DNA of 64,000 nucleotides from Podarcis gaigeae (Eukaryota), in assembly GCA_964106915.2 (NCBI GenBank), contig OZ066919.1. The stretch is one strand, 5' to 3'. Of this stretch, positions 23,958 to 35,900 are shown in pieces. The translations under genes were made by a program, and so were the position numbers. Under the pieces are notes generated by a model. The model was given only the letters and a program-made list of their open reading frames with translations, was not told the DNA's origin and did no database searches. Position 1 is the first letter of the stretch; every line of letters starts with the position of its first letter.

Positions 23958-26900
23958 TGTGTTACACCTTTGATTTTAGTTTTTCAGTGTCTTTGTGTAG
24001 TGAGGAGTTGATCCATTGTTCTGGCTAACAGCTTAAGCAATTAATAAAATACTGCTACCTCTTTAAATGACCTCAAGCCTGATTGATGCAAAGTTTTATG
24101 CTGGAATAGTGCCAGACCCACAAGTACATGCTTCTGGTTCCATTGCTTTCACTGGAGGCCCAAGTGTCCTCAGTGGTGAGGACTGCTCATCACAAGCTTC
24201 AACTAGTACACCAGTGATGCCTGTTTCTGGATAGGATTAGCTTAGCCAACTAGAACTAATACATTAGTAACCTCAAGACTGCGCCAGTTTGTGTGGCTAC
24301 CCTTAAGGCTGGTTTGGAAGTTGCAGCTGACCCAGAATGAAGTGGCTTGGTTGCTGAGTGAGGGGCCTTTCCCAGCATGTATAACACATGTGCTGAAAGA
24401 GCTGCACTGCTTGCTGGTTTGTTAGCAAGCTGGGTTAAAGGTTATTTTATGAACATGTAAGGCCCCAAATAGCTCAATATAAGATTACCTGAAAGAGCAT
24501 CTCTCCCCGCTTCCGCCACCCTATAGACTCATTATATCACTACTGTGGCTGAAGGAGACCCTGTTGGTTGTGTTGCAACCTGCAGAGTTCCGTTTTGAGG
24601 CAACATGGATATGGGCCTTTATCTGTGGTTGCACCTGTGCTGTGGAATGAACTTCTCTCTGCAGTATGGCAGGCAGAAACAATGATCTATGTCCATTGCT
24701 TATTTTTCCTCTTCGCCCAATGCTTTCGCTCACCATTGATGCCAGTTTTTAATGACTATAGTACTGTAATGATGGTCTTCTATTTTTTTATGGATATGTT
24801 TTTTTTCTTTGTTGCATTCTTTTACTGTTGAATGCTGTTTTGGGATTCTTAAAAATGATAGAAATGTTTATTAAATAATACATCTGATATCTCCAATTAC
24901 TCCTGCGCTGCCTTTCCAAAGAACTGTAGAATTGTACCCCAAATGATTCTTTACGCTCTGTTTGAAATGCAACACTTGTTCTTACACATTTCAAGCAGGA
25001 ACTAGTTTATGAAGGCAAAATAGATCTGGTCCACATGACTAAACTTTCATGATATCAGAGGTAAAACATATTTACAGTGCTTCATGTAGATTTTTATAGT
25101 TAAATATTTTTTTCTTTCCTTTTCAGAAAAACAAGATTGTCTGCATCATGTTGTTCATGAACGTTTGGGCGAACTCCTGCGTGTGCTAAAGGCAATCATT
25201 AGCAAGCACCAATGTCTTAATTCAGTTGATATTCTAAGTGCTGCAGGAACAGTCATCGCAAAAGTGAAAGGTAAGGAAAAGGAGAAATTTTGCAACTTGA
25301 TATAGTAAGTAAAGTTGCCTTGTGATGTAATACAGATGTTGCTGTTAGCACTGTTAGCTCCTGTATTTACTTCCAGAGACACTCAACCATATAATTTGCC
25401 AGAGGAGGGAAATCCCAAACCAATCCCTCAGACATGTGGGGGACTGCTAAATGAGGAACAGAGCTATTCCTCTCTTGCTAGCACACAGCAGGTGCATGCT
25501 AGACTGCAAACTTTGTAGGCTTACAAAGTTAAATTAACACTGTTTTAAACAGCTCTGTACTACAACAGAACTGCGGGACTTAGCTTGTTCATAGTGATTC
25601 TGGAGGGATCTTTGTTTAATATTTCAGCTTATCCAAGTCTTTACTCAGACCAATACACTCAAATTGCTCAGTGAGAAAAAGGTCATTTACTGCTATAAAT
25701 TAAAAGTACCAGTCTATTTGTGTTGCATGTTTTCATTTAAGGCAGTGAGATTTATGTCTGTACAGGTAGCGACCATTGAAGACGCGTCCAGTTGGCGCGT
25801 GATTGCTAACACGTGGGTTATTTTGTACTCAGAAGAGGGCAGAATGGGGGCAGGGCAAGGTGTAATGGGCTGGGGAACACTCCGATGAAGCACACAGTAG
25901 CTGGGAACAGAATGCCTGTGCGGAATGGTCGCCACCTGTATTTGAAATATGTGATATGCTGGTAACTTGTATGTATATTGTTGTGTAGGATTGAAGCTAG
26001 ATGTACAGGGTTTATCAGCTTATTTGGAGGAACAGTTGTTGCATAACTTTGGGTTCAAGACGGGAAAGAGAAACCACAAGTGTAACAACAACTATGTTGT
26101 GAAACTGTTGTGAAACTGTGAGACTACTATTATTAACAAATAGCAGTTCTCAGGAGCTTTACTGATCATCAGCCAGTTCTCGAGAGTGTCATTTAATAAG
26201 CATGTTCAACCTAGCCTCTGCAAGATACTCAGACTTGGTTTTCCCCTTTAGCTGATCCTGGAGAAATTGAGACAGCTCTTTCCTTTTCTTGGGTCTAGAC
26301 CAGGGTTTCCCAAACTTCAATCTCCAGCTGTTGTTGGACTACAACTCTGATCAAGCCTAGTTAGCAGGGCCACTGGTCAGGGAAGATAGGAATTGTTGTC
26401 CAAAAACAGCTGGGGACCCAACCCAACCCTAGACTAAGGGTAGGGAACCTTACAGTTTCAAAGCCACATATCTAATGGCTAACCTTCAAGCTAGAGGCAC
26501 ATGCCAACAGTGGGTACGGTCAAAACAAAAATGGTAGAACCTATGTAGACAGGGCAGACTTGACAGAGTACATATGTCGTCATATGTGCATGGAGCACAT
26601 AGAATCACAGTTGAAAAGGACCCCAAGGGTCATCCTGTCCAATCCCCTGCAATGCACATCCATGCACATGCATGCAGTATGTTGCTTCCCCTCCCATAGC
26701 AATTAGACTTCACTTTTTAAACACATTATTCAAATCCACTTGTCAGTGGGGGATTTTTTAAAAATGAAGATTGCAGCTGGGAAGGGTTCTGTTGTTGGGT
26801 TCTGTTGGCTTTTTTCAAGCCAAATTGCTTGGGAGCAAGGGAATACTATGGGCCATATGGGGAGCCTTCATGGGCTCCATCTTCCCCATGGGCTCTTAGC

Positions 26901-29900
26901 TCCTGGTCTAGAGGCTTACTATCATTGCAGCCAAAATAGCATGCCCCCTCAGAATATCCAGGGAGCTCCATCAGTATTGGGTCTCCATCATGCCATCAGA
27001 ACTACGAAACAACACAGGATTCGTGTAGATCAGCAGTGGTCAGTCTGTGGTCCTTGGACCCACATACAGCACTGTGCCAAAATCATGTCATTGGAGGAAG
27101 CCCAAGAGGAGGAGAAAAATAGAAATGGAAGCTGAAATGGAGTGATAGAATGAGGATGGGGGAAGCTTTCTTCAAGTTCAGTTGAAGACCACTGGCAAGA
27201 GCAATCTTCCCTTCCTCCAGCTGTATCAGGTGGAGAGGAAGAAGGTGGAGAGAAGAGATGACACCATCTGCCACTGACTTAACATAAGTAGAACTTCCAT
27301 ACATTTTGAAGTCATGAAAGTACTATTTGGGGGGGGGGGATGGAAACAGGGGGAAATTTAAATATATGCAATAGGTAAAGGTAAAGGGACCCCTGACCAT
27401 TAGGTCCAGTTGTGGGCGACTCTGGGGTTGTGGCGCTCATCTCGCTTTACTGACAGAGGGAGCCGGCGTACAGCTTCCGGGTCATGTGGCCAGCATGATT
27501 AAGCCACTGCTGGTGAACCAGAGCAGCGCATGGAAACACCATTTACCTTCCCGCCAGAGTGGTACCTATTTATCTACTTGCACTTTGACGTGCTTTTGAA
27601 CTGCTAGGTTGGCAGGAGCAGGGACCGAGCAACAGGATTCGAACTGCCGAACTTCTGATTGGCAAGTCCTAGGCTCTGTGCTTGAACCCACAGTGCCACC
27701 TGCGTCCCTCAATATATGCAATAGTGACTTATTTTTTTTACAAGCAAAAACTTATTTTACTGCTTTAAAACATAAAATTTATAACTTAACATAAAATCAT
27801 ACTTTCTGGCATAGCAGTTTTATTGCTGCACCATCTAAATCACTCAGCCAAATAATTTACTCAGAAATAAGAGGTAAGTACACAAAGGATTGCAACCTCG
27901 ATATTGTAAATGCCTGAGTTGCCAACATTGAACCCAGTGGGATTTCCTTTTGAGTAGACATGCATATAGGATTGTGATATTTTGTAGCAGGCTGTCCATG
28001 TCACAGATATTGGGAGAGAGGTGGAAAGATTGATCACAAGAGAGGGGCCAGCCAAAGGGACAGGAGATGTTAAAGGTCACCATAACAAAGCAAGCAGCAA
28101 TTCAAAAGCAAAAAAGGTCCTGCATGCTCCTCTCGTGAACATAGTATCACCCCATAAATCATAGGCAGCCAATATGGTGCCCTTCGGATATTGTTAGATT
28201 GCAATTTTCATCAGCTCCATACAACAGAACCAATGATTGTAGGTGATAAAAGTTGCAATCCAACCATGTCTTTGAGGGCACCATGTGTTCTAGGTTCAGA
28301 AATGCATCTTGCATTTGAATATTTGAGACTCAAAGCATATGTCTATAACACAAAGAAATAAAGGTAAAGGTAAAGGTACCCCTGCCCGTACGGGCCAGTC
28401 TTGACAGACTCTGGGGTTGTGCGCCCGTCTCACTTAAGAGGCCAGGGGCCAGCGCTGTCCGAAGACACTTCCGGGTCACGTGGCCAGCGTGACATCGCTG
28501 CTCTGGCGAGCCAGAGCTGCACACGGAAACGCCGTTTACCTTCCCGCTGGTAAGCGGTCCCTATTTATCTACTTGCACCCGGAGGTGCTTTCGAACTGCT
28601 AGGTTGGCAGGCGCTGGGACCGAGCAGCGGGAGCGCACCCCGCCACAGGGATTCGAACCGCCGACCTTTCGATCGGCAAGTCCTAGGCGCTGAGGCTTTA
28701 ACCCACAGCGCCACCTGCGTCCCCAACACAAAGAAATAATTGTTCTCTAATGCTTTGTACTGTTTTACATAAAAATAGTATTTTTGGGGTGAGTAAAAAG
28801 TGTCTTAAAGCATTTCACACATTCCAAAAGATAAATTATTTAATAACTTTTTTTTACTGTTCCTCCAGATTTTTGAGTGTGTCTGTCAGGCTTTCACATC
28901 TTATCTTTGGGCCCCTCAAAAGTTTCCTCATCTCTGCTTAAAAAATAGTCTTAATTCATTAGCCCTAGCACTGTGAATCTTATTTTCATCAGGGATGGAA
29001 ATGCTTGTCATGATGCTACCACTGAAGCAGATCTCCTTTTTCAGGGTAGAGAGAGCCTTGCTGGCACTACCCAGTGACAATAATGGTTTTGAAACCACCT
29101 CACGCCATACTATCCACCACAGCCAAGAAAGCAGCTCCTACCACCGTTATAGCCTTGTTGCTGCAAGGTGCAATCCCTTTTGACCTCAAACCGTGACTAC
29201 CTCATTGCTGTCTTCTGCACCATCTTCAGTACAGTCTACATCAATGCCAAGGCTACTATTGTGCCATATGTAGTCCTGCACAGAGAATTTAAAAATAACA
29301 GTTCATCTGTACAGTGACGTAACATGCCCTCCTTTCCTGCTGCAGATGTCATTTGACCAGCTCTCAAGCTTGTGTTTCGTTGTGTAGGTGCTGAGCAACA
29401 GAGTAAGATGGCAGGAGTTACATATCTTTAAGCCTTTATTATGAGGGTTGGGGGTGGACTTTCTGCCAAAACTTTTGCCTAGCTCTAGAAAGTTCAGATG
29501 TTACTCTATTTAGGAACAGAACAATAGAAGGGTCAGCTGGTACAGCACCTGATTTGCATGTAGAAAGGTCCATGTTCAATCCCTGATATCTCCAGGTAAG
29601 TCTGGAGACATCCCTTGTTTGAAACTACAGAGAGCTGTTGCCAGTCAGTGTGGACAGTACTGAGTTAGTTTTCCAGGACACATCCTCTTTTTCAGGATTA
29701 AAATTTCTGTTTGGGCAGATTTTTAAAATTTGGCAAAATGTCCAGGTTGTTTTTTTTTGGGGGGGGGTATTTTTGTTTATAGTAACCTGATTTTAAAAAA
29801 TAAAAATAAAAACAATTTTAAAAGCCCCACATTTCATGCTCCCACTCTGCCGTTTTTCATGAATGGAATGGGGGCACTCTGCAGCGTGCCTGTGTCCTCT

Positions 29901-32900
29901 TCCCCGGGGCGATGAAGAGCGGCGGTTGTAGGCCAGTGTTATGGTCACATGGGTATATGTAGTTGTGGTGCCTGCTTCTCTAGTCCGGTGGGCTATTTAG
30001 AGTTAAAAACATTGCTACTAGCAGTATATCACAGCTTCTATAGCCTACATATAGTAGGGGTATTTAAAATGAGAGTTGTCTTAGAGATCCATAGTTAAAA
30101 GTAGAAGTCAGCAAATGTCTCCTCTTTTTTGCTCTTCAAAAAATGGCAACCCTAGTTAGGTTGACCAATGGTCTGATTCAGCAAAAGGCAGCATCCTTTG
30201 TTGTTTAGCTGACCAGATGAAGAGTCATAACAGTTGTTATTTATTAAAGTTTTATACCACCCTTCATCTGAGGATCATAGAGCTGTTTACAATACAGTAT
30301 AAAAACACAAAGTTACACATAATCAACCAGTTCTGTTCATTTGTAGCAGATTTGTTGAAGGATACAGTCTACATTCTGGATCTATATTCCTAAAGGAGTT
30401 TTAAAATTAGTCACATTGAAGTCAGGGCCTGTCTTCAAGCATGCAAGGTAGACTTCTTTTGTGTTAGCTACGTGTGATAAAACTCCTATTGTTACTACTT
30501 AAATTATCCATATAAAATTTATCTTTTGTTGGGGCCCAGCATTAACACTTTTGAAATGCCATTTGCATTTATAAATTGTTCTCGTAAAATAATAAGCATA
30601 ATGTAACTATAAAAAACTGATACATCTCCTGTAAGTGTGTTTGTACTTTCATTTGGTTACCTAAGTGAGTGTTGTGGTTACTGTGTTAAAACAGAGAGGC
30701 CTGGGAGAGTTACGATAGTGATTGTTAACTAAATTGCAATTCCCGAGAGCATTTATTTTGCAATACCATGAGGAGATAAATTTTTCAGGAGACTGGCATG
30801 AGATCCAAAGCTTAAAATCACAAGGCAAAACTTAGGTGAAAAGTCTTGTACGAGGCCTTGGAGACATGATATGAAGCTTGTGGTTTGTTCCAAAATTAGC
30901 AATTCCACTGCCCTGCCACACCCTTTCATTACTCTCCACTTGTATCTGTTTTTTCTTCGAACATCCTGTTACTTTTTAAAAAACAACAACCCCCAATCAT
31001 ATGTAATTAGGGGAAATGTAAAGACTTTTAACATCTTGGATTCCAAAATTTTGAAGCTTTTAAGAAACTTCAAACATGTCAGCTAAAGAAATGTGAATTT
31101 GCTTTACTAACAAACACTTGTTAAATAACAATTGCAAAGTGCAGTAATCTCAAGTTTCTGGTGTCTTTGCCCTGGAAAAAGGGCAACCTGGTAGTACTGT
31201 ATTCTATAGCGCATACATTTAAATCAGTGAATATTTAGAAAAATATACAGTTAGAAAATTTATTACGTAGTTGACAAGTGTCCCTTTAGATTGATATGCC
31301 AAGTTGTTATATAAGTCTTTGAATAGTGGTTTTGTTTTCTTTAAATGGTGGTTGGTGCCATATGTTTACATTAATCCTTCCCATTTCTGTAAAGTTGTGT
31401 GCTCACTTGAAAATGTAGAGGCAAAGATAGTTGCCATTTCCAGACATAGAAACAGTACTACTACTCATTGTTGTCCGTGCTATTGTGTGCAGCCAGGATG
31501 TCCTGGGGAAAGACTCTGTTCAAAGCTGATGTTAAGTAATATCAGTGTGCCAGTAATGGCCGAAAGGAAGGCTATAGGAATCTTTGGAGGGAAGTGTTTC
31601 AGGAAGAAGGTAGGAATCTTGCACTTTATATCTTACATTTGTCTGCTTGCCTGTTTGTAGAAAACATAAATGTACAATCTTTATCTTGTTTGGAATTTCA
31701 GATTATGAACATAGGGCTGCAATCCTAAATAAACATAATGAAACTAAGTTACTGAATTTACTGCTTCTGACTTCCAAAAATGTTTTGTGTCGTAAATGGA
31801 GCAATGAAGAATTGCTTCCAGAACAGGAAAGTGTGTGCATTTCTTCTGGCAACATATATTTAGAGAAAAATAGTTAAACAACTTGCATTGTATATTATAC
31901 TTTGCATTTTCTTGCTTTATTTCCTGGCCTTCTAATTTTCATAGTTAACCATTTGTCTGAAGTTTGGAAATTGATTTCCTGACAGAATTTTTCTCCAATT
32001 GCCTAATGTAAATTTAAATCTTGATTTATATTTGTGTTAGGAGTATTGTAATGTGCAGTTATATATATGTTTTTCTCAAGGAGAAGGCTTATTGCTTGAA
32101 TATTATACAAGGGAAGCATGTGATTTTAACAAAACTGAAAGTAGTTGATGATACCTGGCATGTTGAAAGTTTTACATTTTTCTTACTGAAAATAATGATC
32201 AGTGCAATAGAAGATTGCTTAGTTCAAGACTCATTTGTTAAAATGCTTATGATGAATTCAAACATACATTCTAAAGTTTAGCGGAAGTGATTTTGGCGCA
32301 TATTCAATGAATGCCGAGGCATTGTTTTCAGGACTTAGAATGTATGATGAAACCTCTTCCACCACACCACACCTAAAATATCTGTCTGTCTAACTGTTAA
32401 AATCCATGTAGTCTAAGTAGCTCATTAGCTTATCATAGTATTGCATAATTACTAGAGAGTTCATTTGTATCAATTTACTGGAAAAACTCTTCCTTTCACA
32501 GAGGAAGTCTAATGGAATATCCGGCTTAGTATATTTGTTATCTTTTTGTGTTTACACACCTGGCAGGAAACTTTAGGTTTTTTGCACAATTCATGATGTA
32601 AGCTACATGATCTTGTTCCAAATAAATTTCTTTCTAACAAGTTTACTATTTCTAACTTCTAATTATACTTCCAATGATTTTTCTTCTATACTTCATTTTT
32701 AAAATTGAACTGAAGATTAGGATTTGATTCCAATTGGTTCATTTTACTGTGATCGGTAAGAGGTTCTGCAAAGCAGAAGTGGGAGATCGGCTGGTAGATC
32801 ACTCAATGGTTTGAGATAGATCAGTAAGGATTCCAATTAACATTTAGCACTAGCATAAAAATAACATTCTCCCTCCTAAATTAGGCTTCTGAAATGAAGA

Positions 32901-35900
32901 AATATTGCTGGGGGAGAATCAGGAGCGAACTCTTGTGTAAAAGGATTGTGAACTTTGTTATGGTATTGAAATAAAATTCCTGAGCAGAGCATGTGCTTAG
33001 AGCAACCCTGTTCCTTAATTCTAAGTGTATGCTGCCCACCCCCAGCCCCCACTGTTTTGCAAACAAACTGTTTTCAAGCAGCTATCTGTGAAAAATTGAA
33101 ACTGTTTTGAGGAGTGCCATATGTGCCCATCTTCCTAGGTATCAACATTTTAGTAGTAATGAATCTCAGGGCTAAACTAGATGAGGTGATGGGACTGGGA
33201 CTGCATCTCTAGTATCCTTAAAATTTTGGTCAATAGCAAATGATTGGGATGTAAACTGAACACACCAAAGCTGCTGTTTACCCTGCTTTGAGTGACACTG
33301 ACTGTGCCTCTACATTTTCCACAATAGAGCAAATAGCAGCTTGAGAAAGAGAGATTACAGATGGAAAAAAATGAATTTGGTCCACATTTTTAATGAGCCA
33401 CCCTAATTGCCAGTCCCAGACTTTTTTTTGTAGATCAGAATGTGGTTATCAGTCAGATTATGCACTTCTCCGAATTTTCCCATGCAGTTTTGCTTCAAAA
33501 CATATGCACAAAAGCATATTTTTGGGGAAATGTGTACAAAAAATGTGTATTTTAGGGGTATGCAATTTGAAAACATGCAAAACTACATATTTTAGGGAAA
33601 TAATGTAGACAAAATGCATAGTTTAGGGGAAATGATACAGTTTAAATGCATTTAATGCATTAAAAATCTGCAATAATTGATTAAGTGCATAGGAAAGAAG
33701 GAATAGAAGGAATAGGATGAATAGAAATTTATGCCTAGGAGAGAGGTTGTATGATTTCTATTTGGTAAATAGCACAAGGAGAAAGGATTGATCCTGCTCC
33801 CTCTCTGATGCAGTACCAAACCAAATGAGCCATTCTTCCCATCCTACTCTGTAATTCCTGCAAAGAAAAAGATTTCCATAATCTTGTCTGGTGTAGCCCT
33901 AACTAGTCTGATCTATTATGGGCTATTATTCCTTTACGGAGATTATATTTTGTTTTCCTATCTCTGAAAAACAGTTACCACATCTAAGTCTTTTGCTAAA
34001 GGAACTTGTTATACTTCCCTTCTTGTCATGAGATGTAGAGAATTCTCAGGTCCTTAAGCAGCTTTTGTAAGCGCAGAAACTTAACATTGTTTTACATTGT
34101 CAGTTTTCACACATAGTCATTTTAACATGGCATTCCTGAAGAGGGTCTCATGGTAATGTAGGTAAATGTAGTTTAAAATTGTAGAAAGCAGGCTTCAGAG
34201 ATACTGAAATAGAATATATAATATCAGTATACTGCATTTAATGAATATTTAGGTACCTAGATGCTACTGTCAAATTTATAGATGTTCTATGTTCCCCATA
34301 ATTATTACTTCAACAGGTTATATAGATAGCCCTGTGGTTTGACTTGGAAGCAGTTTCATGGCCTGTGAAAGTAAAATCTGATTAATCTACTCTTCTTTGT
34401 TTTCTTCCTTAGCTGTAAACTTCAAGGAAGTTAATGAAGAAAACAAGCGAGAAGTCCTAAGTGAGATATTCTCTTCTATTGACACACTGGCATTCACATT
34501 TGGCAACATGTGAGTAAAAAATAATTACGATGACTGTTCTGTTTGTTTCCTGAAGCACCTTAGTTTCACCTTCTTTGAACTCTGCTGCAATGTGACACTT
34601 TTGTCTATTTGTTAGTCTATACTTTACTTGTCCCCCTGCCAATACTGTTTTGGACTACGTAGATGCTGCTCTTACAATATGAGAAAGAATGGGTATTTGT
34701 AAAGTACTCTAGCTGAGAAACTTAATTTCATTGTGTTCTGGTCCATTCCTTTCTTGTGACTGCTTCTTCATAATCATTTCCCACAGTAGCTCTGCCTATT
34801 TGCTCCAGTAATTGCGAAGGTACCTTAATGGGAAATTAAGAAACTATGGTTGTGTTTGGACATCTTACTGAACAATGATTTAAAATGAATTTGTTGTTGT
34901 TGTAGAAACATGCTAATGCAAGATATTGAAGAGCATAGTCTCCCACACACACTTGCGTGCTTCTCCTGCCCTCCTCTTGTACAAGAGGTTTACTTGGATT
35001 ACTTTCAAGCAGACCAATTTCAAACTGTGACCTCTGAACCTGGTTTATTCAACCATAGTTAATGTTAATCACAGTTCTGGGTTCTGATGGCGCTAGACAG
35101 TGTCATAAAGCAGATGCTTCCAGACTCCTCCCAGCTGCCCAGCATGAGGAGAGGGGAAGCATATGAGCCTGGGAGGTAGCCAGGCTCGCTCATATCTCAC
35201 TGAGCCATAGTTTAACATGACAGCTGAATGCTTTCCATGTCTACCCAATGGCTGGAAAATATACTCTTGCCTTCTCAGTTTGGTTGACTCTAATTTCAGT
35301 GAACCAAATATTGAACTACCAGTGTTCAAAATAATTTGTAGTAAAATAGTTCCACATCTAGGTTTTGTATCTATATTTTACTTACCTTACGCCTTAAATA
35401 AACACTGAACATTCCCATGTGGTTGTCTGTTCTGAGTATTAGGTAGACATTTTGTTCTTGTATAGCAGGGCAAAGCATGAGTGAATTTTCTTCTGGTTCT
35501 CATGGCAGAGTTTCAGACTTCCTTATGGGAGATGTGGATAATAGCTCAACATTGGGTCTTCCTGTATCTCGACAAAGTCAGGTAGGGTGAATATTTTTTT
35601 TTAAGTTGTTAAAATACATTTTGCCTTTAGTAATATTATAGAAGAGAGCATTATTTTTTTTACTATCCAGCAGGATCAGTTTAAAATGGTGTTGTTGTTG
35701 TTGTTGTTGTTGTAGAAATACACTAATGAACATCTAAAACTGATGTTTTCTAAGAACTAATAAGTAGTTCCTAGATGTAAATATATATATATAAGGCCTA
35801 ATTTATAGTAGCTTCTCTTTGAAGTTTCTTTACACAAAAGTACAGTAGTTAAGGTACTTGGGCCAAGCAGACCCGAAGTAGGAAGCTGCAAATTAATTAC

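Noticed and set aside
26740-27135. 131-aa ORF in intron 2
   Set aside because: Non-ATG start, overlaps degraded repeat sequence, no recognisable domain or splice support
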